DNA of 64,000 nt. Source: Macrostomum lignano. Lineage: Eukaryota. Under the pieces are notes generated by a model. The model saw only the letters and a list, made by a program, of their open reading frames with translations. It had not been told where the DNA came from and did not search any database. Both the position numbers and the translations under genes were made by a program. Position 1 is the first letter of the stretch, and each line of letters starts with the position of its first letter. The stretch spans positions 97,738-161,737 of the forward strand of contig NIVC01002558.1 in NCBI GenBank assembly GCA_002269645.1, written 5' to 3'. Shown piece after piece: positions 24,629-36,600 of the stretch.

Positions 24629-27600
24629 AGGGTCTCCCTAAAACACGCCCCGCACCGCCCTGCAGCGCTACACATTAAAACAAATTGGACTATAACTGAA
24701 GACACTTTAAGATGCGTTTTCTGTTAAGCTTCAAGTTTTTATTAAATTTAGTTTTTTTACTTTGAAATATAAAATTCAGTGAATAATTAGTGATATTAAT
24801 AATAATATTAATAAAATAATAATAATATAATTTAGTAATGAAAACGAGAATATAAAAAATAATAATAATATTTAAAATAATAATTAAAGATATTTATTAC
24901 ATTACTCTTACAACAAATTGTTTTCTTTGCAATCAAATTGTGCATTGACAAAAAATGTTATAATGTGTAGCGGTTCGGGGCGGTGCGGTGCGTGTGGGTG
25001 TGTATAAAAGCTGGCACTGGCACATTGGACACATTGGACACCCCTTTTTATAACAAAATTAGATATGAAAATGCAGAATAAACTTGCGGAGATACTTTTA
25101 AATAATTTAAAAAATTGATAATAATAGAAATGACATCCTTGCTTTCGTGATAGATGATTTGTTAAATATTCTTTGTATTATCGTTTTTTGTACATGTTTA
25201 ATTTGGCATTCGATTTTTTAAAATAATCGCACATGCAAAAACTGCAGCTTGCAATGCTATTACACTGTGATTTTACTACCCCGAAGGTTCTGTACTACAG
25301 GCGTACCGATTTAATGCTAAATATGCCTGATATATGAAATGATCAAACTAATAGTCAGAACTCAATTTTCCATAAAATGATGAAGCATTCTGCTCTTATC
25401 AAAAAACCACAACTTATTTTGTTAGGATTACTTCATGAAGAACGAACTTTGGATATTCCAAATTGCAAGTATTTCTATATTAAAAAATTTAATACATTGG
25501 CAGATTATTTGATGAAAAAATTGCACCCAAAAAGTTTTTTTTACTTTGTAAGATGATGATTAAATTAATAATTTCCAAGCTTCTTCTTTTATTAGTTCAA
25601 TTACTTTTTGTATGATTTCAACCAACAAAAAAAGGAATAGCTACTCAGTGAAAGTTCAAATTACAGTCTCTTCTTTATATACAATCCTTTTAAGAAAACA
25701 TTATTATGAATAATTTGCCAAGTCATGATATTTAAGAAATTGTGCTAATCATTTAAATTATGAGTTAAAAAATGCAAGCATATAAGTAAAAAATCTACCT
25801 CACAGACCAAGAAGTCTTTTTACTGAAAGTTTATATGTGACGCTTTGAAAAAACAACATATAAACCATCTTCACATAACATTTATTGTCATTTATTTCAG
25901 ACCTAAATCCTTTAGCACATAAATATTCTGCACGTATGTTGCAGGGTATACTTCCTTCTTCTAAAATCCTACAAATGCCACAAAGTTTTAATAGGCAAAT
26001 TTATTCGTATTGTTTATATTAATATTTCTATATTTATGAGAAGTTTTCCAATAAGAACAAGTTCCCAATCAGTAAAACACTATATTTTAATTCTAATGTC
26101 CAAAATTATGGCATTCTAAGGGACCAAGTGATAGGTTTTAAGCTACTATTAGCACCTGCATGATTTATTTATTTAATACCTACACATTCCTTAATGTCTA
26201 TAGTTCGCCTAATTGCCTAATTGCTAACCCTAATTCTAGCCTTCTTGGCTTACAAGTTTGAGTCTTCACAGCATATTATTCAATTCAAGCCCTACTAATT
26301 TTATTAGCCTCTCTTAATTTTATAAAATAATAATTTTCTTTAGTGTAACTGCTCCAAAAATTTCAACTTTAATTTAAGTGGTGTGCCGAAACACCACTTG
26401 CACCATTACAGCCGTCTATAATTTTTTGTGCTAATTGGTTGACCACTTTCAATAATTTTCTTGGGTCAAGAGAGTGATATATGCATATTGCAGCATGCAT
26501 TTTTTAAAGAATCCCTAATTTTATACAAGGAATCATATATATTTATAGAAAGTTAGCTCTTAGAGTAGAGATAAAGTACATAAGACTATTAATAGCAACT
26601 TTTCATACAATTGCTTATGGTAATGATTTCTATTGTTATAAAGTTACAAATAAATAAAAAGTTACATTGCATTTAAACTGTACTTTATGAGTTGTAAGCC
26701 TTTCAACTCAGAGTGCACTTCAATTGCTTTAATATACATTGCTAGATGTTATTTAGCATTTCTTTGTTATTTATCATTTAACTCATTGCATTGTTTAATT
26801 GCTAATTTCATTTGCTCAGCTGCAATATTTATTACTTTTTTATTAATGCCAATGTTTGTAATACTTTTTCTCCCTATTTTTAGTGTTTGTGGTATTCTTT
26901 TGTCAAATTTTAATTTTCCGCTGTATCTATCTTTACAAAAAATTGTACCTGTAAACTTATGGTTATTTGCTTACAATGGTACTGTACTAAATTATATTTA
27001 TTTCCTTGTTAGATTCTCTAAATTGAAAAAGTAATACACTGCTTTATTATCATGCATATTGAATATTAAGGATAGTTAGTATTCCTTCCTTGAAAAAGAT
27101 TCTAGAGTTGGATTCTATTTGATAAGAGAATAAATAATTTATTGAGTTTAAATGTTTTTAAAACATTAATTAATTGCATTTTGATGGAAATCACAACTTA
27201 AAAAATTATTCGTTTTTTTATTTAAGACACGGGGGATTTTAAAAATCCATATTAACAGCAAATCAAACATTAACATTATGGGAGAGAGAGAGAGAGAAGG
27301 ATTAGATTCACTTTCACCATTGCTGTTGATTTATGGAAAGGCAGTAAACAAGCCAGAGCAGCTGCAAATAGTCAAATATGCCATGTCCGGCAATAAAATT
27401 CTGCAACTAGTCTGCTGCTCACTTTTTCCAACGTTTATTGAGGACAAGAAACGGCATTTAATGTTTCTATGTTTTCTGTAAGTGCACCAACTAGGTAAAT
27501 GAAAATGACGTACCGAAAGTAGTTCGACAATAAAGCAAGATAAGAAATGAATTTAAATGTAGAATAAAACTTGTTGATACTACCAATCTCATGGTTGTTA

Positions 27601-27778
27601 GAAGTATATGAAAAAGTGCAATTATAAATAAATATTTACATTTTTATTCGAAAGCCAAAGTATATTTATTCAAGCAAAACAACGATCAAAACTCGATTTT
27701 TGTTAACATAAGGGGTGTCCAATGTGCCAATGGTGCCCTGCTTTTATACAGACCCCGGTGCGTGTTTTAGGGAGACCC
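24629..27778. mobile_element. 3.15-kb non-autonomous DNA transposon (Mutator/Merlin-like) with 8-9-bp TSD
   Basis: TIR GGGTCTCCCTAAAACACGC at both ends, continuing TGTATAAAAGC..GGCACATTGGACACCCCTT; flanking direct repeat CGCGATAAA at 24620-24628 and 27779-27787; AT-rich interior with no long ORF. Confidence 0.8.
24644..24994. mobile_element. ~350-bp fold-back insert inside the left TIR of the 24629-27778 element
   Basis: Inverted repeats CACGC.CCGCACCGCCC..CGCTACACATTA (24644-24680) and TAATGTGTAGCG..GGGCGGTGCGGTGCGTG (24961-24994); absent from the right TIR. Confidence 0.65.
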
Positions 27779-28752
27779 CGCGATAAATAAATTTTACAAG
27801 AAGCACTGTAGAGAAACAAAAGTCCACGTACTAATGACTAGAAACAAAAAAAGTTTTTTTTCAAGTTGAAGACAAGTAAGTTAAGTATTTCTTGTTTAAG
27901 AAAGAGTATGGCTGTATTTTTTTATAAAACACTGTGTTGAGTCCAATAGATTCAATTTGCTCCCAAGCCTTCGATACGGCGCCGCGGGCTGCATCAGAAG
28001 GCATGAATGGAACTATTTTTATTGACTTTTTTCTAGACATTCTAGGCATTATTAGTGGCAGTCGCAATGTGGGCAAATTCTTTATCTTTTAATTTTTATC
28101 TTATCACTTCTTGGACCAGATTTCTCTAGCCTCAAAGCTTTCAATAGCGCGATTTTTTAGGCTCAGTCAAGACTTCTTATGGGCTTAAGTATTTGGCTTG
28201 TAGTTTCATCATTTTTTAAATATTAATATCATAGATTTATGAATCATAGCTTTTTTAATTGTCAGTAACAGTCAGAAAATGCCCTAAATACCATATCCTT
28301 TAGTTTGCTATAGCAAATAAGCAGCTTTATCAAAGCATATAATCTCTATTTAACTAAATCTTATTATTCTAAATCTTATTTGTCTTATCTTTATTATCTT
28401 AGTTAAAACTGCCTAGCATTATTTTTGGTCGATGGGCCATATTTTATCTAATCTTATAGGAGCATGGAATTCAAGACTAATCCTAACAGATCATTTAAAA
28501 AAAACATAATTTTTTGCCCTGTTATGCTATGGCATTTTTTCATTAACAACTTCATTTTTTAACTTAAAAATATTTTTAGTATAATGAACTCAAGTTATTT
28601 ATTACCTTTTACTTTACTTTTAAACTACAAATATTTTTTTAATTAAACAATATAGTTTGATATAACTATATTCTCAAATAGTTAAAAATATACTTGTGTA
28701 GCCCCAATTAATTGGTAATTCATCAATAATTGCATGTAAATCAACAGAGGAC

Positions 28753-30975
28753 ATGTATAAATCTCATACAAAAGACCCAGTAGCAAAGTATATTGTGAAC
28801 AACTCACTTCGACTGAATGATGTTCAGAAGTCACTAATCAATGAGACAATGAAGCTCTCATATGCAGTTATGCTAGGCAGTGCTGACTCTCTGCAACTGC
28901 TTGCAAACATGTGCAAAATGATTCGAGCCAAGAAGACACTTGACATTGGCATGTTCACTGGCTATAGCGCCCTGACCATTGCTCAGGTGCTGCCTCCTGA
29001 TGGTGAGCATTTACTTTTTTGTCAAAAATTGTTTCCAGACTCTGGTTAGATATTCTGGTTAGAAATACTTCTTTTCTTCCCCACGCTATGCCTCACTCTG
29101 CCTTCATATTGATTGATCTGGTTCACTTCCCTCCAAGATCCTCCACTGCTCTCAGATCCTCAGTTTCTAGGCGACCTGATCTCATTCCCTCCCTCCCAGA
29201 TCCTCAGCTGCTGGACCACCTCCCACTCTCCCTCCCAGATCCTCAGCTTCTGGGCCACCTCCTACCCTCCCTCCCAGATCCTCAGCTGCTGGGCCACCTC
29301 CCTCCCTCTCTCCCAGATCCTCAGCTGCTAGGCCACCTCCCACCCTCTCTCCCAGATCCTCAGCTGCTGGGCCACCTCCCACCCTCTCTCCCAGATCCTC
29401 AGCTGCTGAGCCACCTCCCACCCTCTCTCCCAGATCCTCAGCTGCTAGGCCACCTCCCACCCTCTCTCCCAGATCCTCAGCTGCTGGGCCACCTCCCACC
29501 CTCTCTCCCAGATCCTCAGCTGCTAGGCCACCTCCCACCCTCTCTCCCAGATCCTCAGCTTCTGGGCCACCTCCCACCCTCCCTCCCAGATCCTCAGCTG
29601 CTGGGCCACCTCCCACCCTCCCTCCCAGATCCTCAGCTGCTGGGCCACCTCCCACCCTCTCTCCCAGATCCTCAGCTGCTGGGCCACCTCCCACCCTCTC
29701 TCCCAGATCCTCAGCTTCTGGGCCACCTCCCACCCTCCCTCCCAGATCCTCAGCTGCTGGACCACCTCCCACCCTCTCTTCCAGATCCTCAGCTGCTGGA
29801 CCACCTCCCACCCTCTCTCCCAGATCCTCAGCTGCTGGGCCACCTCCCACTCTCCCTCCTAGATCCTCAGCTGCTGGGCCACCTTCCACTCTCCCTCCCA
29901 GATTCTCAGCTTCTGGGCCACCTCCTACCCTCCCTCCCAGATCCTCAGCTGCTGGACCACCTCCCACCCTCTCTCCCAGATCATCAGCTGCTGGGCCACC
30001 TCCCACCCTCTCTCCCAGATCCTCAGCTGCTGGACCACCTCCCACCCTCTCTCCCAGATCCTCAGTTGCCGGGCCACCTCCCACCCTCTCTCCCAGATCC
30101 TCAGCTGCTGGGCCACCTCCCACCCTCTCTCCCAGATCCTCAGCTGCTGGACCACCTCCCACCCTCTCTCCCAGATCCTCAGCTGCTGGGCCACCTCCCA
30201 CTCTCCCTCCCAGATCCTCAGCTTCTGGGCCACCTCCCACCCTCTCTCCCAGATCCTCAGCTGCTGGGCCACCTCCCACCCTCTCTCCCAGATCCTCAGC
30301 TGCTGGGCCACCTCCCACTCTCCCTCCCAGATCCTCAGCTTCTGGGCCACCTCCCACCCTCTCTCCCAGATCCTCAGCTGCTGGGCCACCTCCCACTCTC
30401 CCTCCCAGATCCTCAGCTGCTGGGCCACCTCCCACCCTCCCTCCCAGATCCTCAGTTGCCGGGCCACCGCCAACCTCCCAGATCCTCAGATGTCACCCCA
30501 AGCTGCCCCAAGCCCATTGTCAACACTCGCATAAATAATCGGCAATTTGTGCACACCGCCAGGCCGGGTGGTCACCTGCGACGTGTCAAACCAGCACGAG
30601 GCCCTGGCCAGGGAGCACTGGCGCCGCGCGGGCGTGGAGAGTCGCATCGACTTTCGAGTCGGCCCGGCCGTCAACTCGTTGCGCCGCCTGCTGTCCGACA
30701 ATGCCGGCGAAGCTGGCAGCTACGATTTCGCGTTCATCGATGCGGACAAAGAGGGCTACGCTGATTACTATGAGCTCTGCCTGCGCTTGGTGCGGCCCGG
30801 CGGCTTCATCGCCTTTGACAACGTGCTGTGGGGCGGCGCCGTGCTGAACGAGGCTGATCAGAGCTCCTCGACCACGGCGCTCCGGCAGATCTGCCAGAAG
30901 TTGCACGCCGACGAGCGAGTCGATGTGAGCATCCTCAACTCCGGCGATGGGGTGGCTCTCGCCTTTGTTAAGTGA
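28753..30975 (+). CDS. COMTD1: SAM-dependent O-methyltransferase, COMTD1 / caffeoyl-CoA OMT-like (Methyltransf_3), 2 exons, ~220 aa
   Basis: Exons 28753-29002 and 30563-30975 (phase 1). Motifs [64 protein letters not shown]. Confidence 0.9.
29170..30490 (+). repeat. 39-bp minisatellite (CCAGATCCTCAGCTGCTGGGCCACCTCCCACCCTCTCTC), ~33 copies, COMTD1 intron
   Basis: Tandem array; source of spurious 581-aa and 417-aa ORFs. Confidence 0.98.
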
Positions 30976-31774
30976 TTTATTAGAACTCGGCTTGATTGAT
31001 TCCCATGACAACTAATTCGAATAGTTTACAATGATTAAAAATATTAATCAATGCAGTTCCATAGTTTCAAAACCGTGCTAAATATTTGTTATTATCCTGC
31101 AATCCCACTCGCTTTTAATTCTTTGCGAGACAATTTATTCTATTCCAGTTTTGCAAGTTAGATTTGGCTGAAAGTTTTAGACGTTATTTATTGTCCCTCA
31201 ATGTTTTTATATAAAGCCTATTTTCGATTGGCAAAGTTGATTATTGGAATTTTGAAACCGAGAAGATATATTTTTTGGCTTATTGCAATTTTTACGTTTT
31301 AGCTAAGCCTTCTTTGTGATGCATTCATGGACTACTAAAGTAGGACGGGAGTCAGCTTTTACCGAAAAATATATTACGGAGTAAGGAAGTTCTCATTTTT
31401 TCATTTTTCTTAGCTGACTGCAACAAAATGTGTAACTGAATGATAAAAAAGATTCATAAAAATTATGAGTATAGCTGGGCCACCTTTATTGGTTAGACAT
31501 GAACGTTGAAAATACAATTAACATTAGAATCCTAATTTAGTATATTTAGATTTTCTCAACGAAACGCTCTATGAATATCAATAGAGCTATGAGAAAGGCA
31601 ATGCATATCAAAAGATAAACATAGGGTCTGCCTCCTATCAAAAGCAGTAACAATTTTTGTGCTGAAAAATGAAATTCTTCATTCTTTATAATGCATTTTT
31701 CGGTAAAAACCTGCCTCCTAAATAATTCTAAGAAAAGTAGTTTACCGCACTACTTGAGTAGTCATTGGAAGCAA

Positions 31775-32360
31775 CCACTGATGCAATCATGAGCTGTTGC
31801 TACTGCAGAATAAAATCACTGATGCAATCATGGGCTGTTGCTACTGCAGAATAAAATCACTGATGCAATCATGAGCTGTTGCTACTGCAGAATAAAATCA
31901 CTGATGCAATCATGAGCTATTGCTACTGCAGAATCAAACCACTGATGCAATCATGAGCTATTGCTACTGCAGAATAAAATCACTGATGCAATCATGAGCT
32001 GTTGCTACTGCAGAATAAAATCACTGATGCAATCATGAGCTATTGCTACTGCAGAATAAAATCACTGATGCAATCATGAGCTATTGCTACTGCAGAATCA
32101 AACCACTGATGCAATCATGAGCTATTGCTACTGCAGAATAAAATCACTGATGCAATCATGAGCTGTAGCTATTGCAGAATCAAATCAATGATGATGCAAT
32201 CATGAGCTGTTGCTACTGCAGAATAAAATCACTGATGCAATCATGAGCTATTGCTACTGTAGAATAAAATCAATGATGCAATAATGAGTTGTTGATACTG
32301 CAGAATAAAATCAATGATGCAATCATGAGCTGTTGCTACTGCAGAATAAAATCAATGACA
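31775..32360. repeat. 41-bp minisatellite (ATCACTGATGCAATCATGAGCTRTTGCTACTGCAGAATAAA), ~14 copies
   Basis: Tandem array between COMTD1 and the ZU5 gene. Confidence 0.96.
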
Positions 32361-33214
32361 ATATCATACTTTTACGTTAATTTCTAAGCACTGTACATGC
32401 GCATCACTCTACTTTTTAGTAGCAAGAATGGCGAATGCTGATAAAATTGAAACGGGCAAAGTGATCGATAATAAAAATAATAATTGAGAAGCCTTTCCAT
32501 ACTCTTGTCGGAGAGAATTGATTTCAACAAAATTCAATTGAAATTGAGTAGCAACCAGCGCTGTGTGCATGCAATAAATCTATAATGTTATGGAGGCGAT
32601 TGATGAGCCCGCTCATTCTCATTACCCTTGAGAGCTTAGAAGCCCTTCCTCCGCGCCTCACCTCCACTAGCTACCGGTATAAGTGCATTCCTACAGTTCT
32701 GGTTCTGCTGCAAGCTCATTATAGACCGGGTTTTCTCTCATTTTTAGCAAGCAATATGCGGCACACACTTTCCTTCCACTCTCTCTGTCACTCCCGCCTT
32801 CACTGAGTACTGGAGGCCCAGCCTCTGTAATAAGCTATTCATACATATCTCATTGTCGCACATCTGCAGGCGCTGTTAGCAACAAAATAGAGTAGCTTTT
32901 AAGCCAGGCCCTTTTAAAATAAGGCTATATGTAGCCCTGTTCGTGTCTAATATAAGCTTATAGTTTAAAAGCTAATAAATTTCTGTGGCCATACATAGCG
33001 TGCTTTTTCACTGTATAAAAAAACAGAATAAATTGCTAAATGTACTGCCTGCTGTCAGTTGGATATTTTTTAGCTGCTAAGGTATTCAACTGGTTTGGTG
33101 CCGATTTTTCCAAGAAGTTCTTAGATTAGCGTCACCTAATCGAGTGTGCTCCTATGGACAGCAATGGAGATGAGTTCGGGTGAGGCCTACAAGTTTTTTA
33201 TGAAATATTTCCAC

Positions 33215-33585
33215 GTAAATCAGAGTTGGGAACTGTGGAATCAGTGCTGGGAACTGTGGAATCAGTGCTGGGAACTGTGGAATCAGAGTTGGGAACTGTG
33301 GAATCAGTGCTGGGAACTGTGGAATCAGTGCTGGGAACTGTGGAATCAGTGCTGGGAACTGTGGAATCAGTGCTGGGAACTGTGGAATCAGAGTTGGAAA
33401 CTGTGGAATCAGAGTTGGGAACTGTGGAATCAGAGTTGGAAACTGTGAAATCAGTGTTGGAAACTGTGGAATCAGTGTTGGAAACTGTGAAATCAGAGTT
33501 GGAAACTGTGGAATCAGTGTTGGAAACTGTGAAATCAGAGTTGGAAACTGTGGAACCAGTGTTGGAAACTGTGGAATCAGTGTTG
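33215..33585 (+). repeat. 21-bp minisatellite (GGAACTGTGGAATCAGWGYTG)
   Basis: Tandem array ending ~50 nt before the acceptor at 33633. Confidence 0.96.
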
Positions 33586-33633
33586 GTAAATCCTACTGAC
33601 CCCAAAACCGCGCCCGCCCCGCCATGTCTGTAG

Positions 33634-36600
33634 CATCTCTGAGCCAGCCCGCCTGCGGCTGCCCGGCCGGCGCGGCGCCACCTCAGATTACGAGCTGCCT
33701 CTGGCCGGCGGTGGCCACCTCTCCGTTCCATCCGGCGCGCTCAGCAGCGTCGGCGCCAACGGACGACGCGCTCGATCGTCGCGAAGCGCCGCTAAAAATA
33801 ACCGACAGCAGCCGGCGTCGGCGCGGCGTCAGCGGTCTGCGGCAGCAACGCCACGGCAGCGTCGGGTCTCCGCCAGAGCCGACGGGCCGCTGATCACCGC
33901 TTGGCCGGTTGACGGCGCCGGCCTGCCCGACTGCTCGCCGCTGCTGGAGCCGCTTGAGGCGCTCTCTTCGCCGATCTACAGGCTGCGGCTGTCCGGCGGC
34001 TGCCCCGACGGAGCAATCAACTCTGACATCGCCGCTGCTGCAACCGCCGTCGCAGGCGAGTCAGATTTGACGCCACCGAAGCCGGTACCGCTGCTGAGGC
34101 TGCCGCTGACGCCGCCGATTCGTCCGGATCCCGCCTGGCCGACCCTGCTGCGATTGCTGCACCGGCCGGAGCCGCCGCCGCCGCCGCCGCCGCCGCCGCC
34201 TCCGCCCCCGCCACCGACAGAGAACGGGGACTCGGATGCGGGGGCTGCGCCAACAACTCCGCAGGTGCAACAACAACACCAACAGCCGGTGACACCGCGA
34301 GCACCGCCCAGGATGCAGTGGCGAGAGCTGATCAAAGTGTCCGAGGTGAGAGGAAGGAGTTTGAAAGTCTGTTTTTAGGGAGAGAGTGCAGCTGTTCTTA
34401 GAGCGGGAGTGCTGTCCTTGGGGAGGGAGTGCTGTCCTTAGGGAGGGAGTGCTGTCCTTAGGGAGGGAGTGCTGTCCTTAGGGAGCGAGCGCTGTCCTTA
34501 GGGAGGGAGTGCTGTCCTTAGAGAGGGAATGCTGTCCTTAGGAAAGAGTGCTGTCCTTAGGGAGGGAGTGCTGTCCTTAGGGAGGGAGTGCTGTCCTTAG
34601 GAAAGAGTGCTGTCCTTAGGGAGGGAGTGCTGTCCTTAGGGAGGGAGTGCTGTCCTTAGGGAGGGAGTGCTGTCCTTAGGGAAGGAGTGCCGTCCTTAGG
34701 GAGGGAGTGCTGTCCTTAGGGAGCGAGCGCTGTCCTTAGGGAGGGAGTGCTGTCCTTAGGGAGGGAGTGCTGTCCTTAGGGAGGGAGTGCTGTCCTTAGG
34801 GAGCGAGTGCTGTCCTTAGGGAGCGAGCGCTGTCCTTAGGGAGGGAGTGCTGTCCTTAGGGAGGGAGTGCTGTCCTTAGGGACGCAGTTCTACGGGCGCA
34901 CTTTCAAATGCATTCGAGCCTCTCGTAGCAACAGCCGGGCGTGTTAATTTGCACACAATTTCCATCTGCACGTGGCTGCCCGAAGAACGCGAGAAGCGTC
35001 ACCTGTCGGGCGGTGAGCTCCGGCGTCTACCTGCTGACCCAGCGGCCCCAGACTGAATCGTTCCTTGTGTCCTCGCGCGGCGGCCTTCACCGAGTCCGGA
35101 TGTGTCCGCGCGTGTCCGTCCGCGTGCCGAGGGGCAGCTGCACCGGCGCTGCGGACTGCTGCTTAACGGTGAGAACACCCGGGGTTCGACTCCGTGCGCT
35201 TCCACACAAAATTGATTATCGTGCACGAAAATTTTCCTGTGGCTTGTCGTGCGATTCACGGCCAAGGCCAAACCCCAAAGGTACAGAGAGTGTACATGCT
35301 TGACGATGGGAGAGTCAGGGGCTGATGTACACCGCTGACTGCTTGCCTTCTCGCTGGCAACGAGTAACATGTGGCTGTAGCTGTGCGGCTGTAGCTGTGG
35401 GGGCTGTGGGGGCTGTGTGGCTGTGGCTGTGGCTGTGGCTTTGGTGGCTGTGCGGCTGTGGCTATGGCTATGGCTATGGCTATGGCTGTAGCTGTGACTA
35501 TGGCTGTGGGGCTGTCTGTCTGTGGCAGTCTGGCTGTGGCTGTGGCTGTGGTGGCTGTGCGGCTGTGGCTGTGGTGGCTGTGCGGCTGTGGCTGTGGTGG
35601 CTGTGCGGCTGTGGCTGTGGTGGCTGTGCGGCTGTGGCTGTGGTGGCTGTGCGGCTGTGGCTGTGGTGGCTGTGCGGCTGTGGCTGTGGCTGTAGCTGTG
35701 GCTGTGGGGGCTGTGGGGGCTGTGTGGCTGTGGCTGTGGCTGTTGGGCTGTGGCTGTGGCTGTTGGGCTGTGGCTGTGGCTGTTGGGCTGTGGCTGTATG
35801 GCTGTGGCTATGGCTGTGGGGCTGTGTGGCTGTGGGGCTGTGTGGCTGTGGGGCTGTGGGGCTGTGTGGCTGTGGCTGTGTGCGGCTCAATATAGAGCAG
35901 CAGAAGACCGTAGTATCAAATTACGTGTATTATAACTCCGAATCAAAGTAAAGCTGCTGATTAAACCAATCGATAAATTGTTGGACCGTGAACTAGAAAC
36001 TCTGAGACCTCCCTATCCAGGTCACTTCAAGATGCAGTGATCCAGGTTCAACCCCTCGAGCTTTATAAACTCTTGAGCGCATCTGTACACCCCCGCAGAT
36101 CCTGCCTTTCCCGACCAGCCTCCCAGCCTCCGCTACCGCCGAGCTACTCGCCCTGTCGCCCATCTACGATTTCCGCCTGTCCGCGCCGCTAGAATTCCGG
36201 CCGCGTCGGCCGGCGACTCTCCGGCTCCCGCTGCCGCAGCCGCTGCCGCCGAGAGACGCCGCCGACTCTGTCGTTGTGGCCGTGCTCCGCCAGTCGGATG
36301 ACTCAGCCTGGCGAGTCCTGCTCGAGCTGCCGCTATCCCATGCTGAGACCGTCGGCGCCGGGGTCGTGTCCGTCGACACCAGACGGCTCTCGGCAGCCTT
36401 CTGCCTGGCTGTCCTGCGGCCTGGCCTGCCCGCCGGCGGGCCGCAGCGGGTGGCCGCCTCCGTCCTGCCGTTGATTCGCGGCCTGGCCGAAGCCCCGCCT
36501 GGCCGGCTGCTGGCCTTCGTCGACTTGCGCTCGGCTGTCGGCTGGCGACTCTGCTTTCGCTGGCAGATGACCGGCGCCGCGGCTAACAGCGACGGAGACG

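Noticed and set aside
29019-30764. 581-aa (+) and 417-aa (-) ORFs
   Set aside because: Translations of the 39-bp intronic minisatellite; out of frame with the real methyltransferase exon 2.
33624-33893. 89-aa ORF with a good Kozak ATG
   Set aside because: The overlapping alternative frame carries the ZU5 motifs and splices in phase, so this ORF is probably a shadow.
34385-34885. Telomere-like TTAGGG motifs
   Set aside because: One TTAGGG per 20-bp unit; not a tandem (TTAGGG)n array.
35325-35951. Cys/Gly-rich keratin-associated or metallothionein-like ORF
   Set aside because: Translation of the (GGCTGT)n intronic microsatellite.
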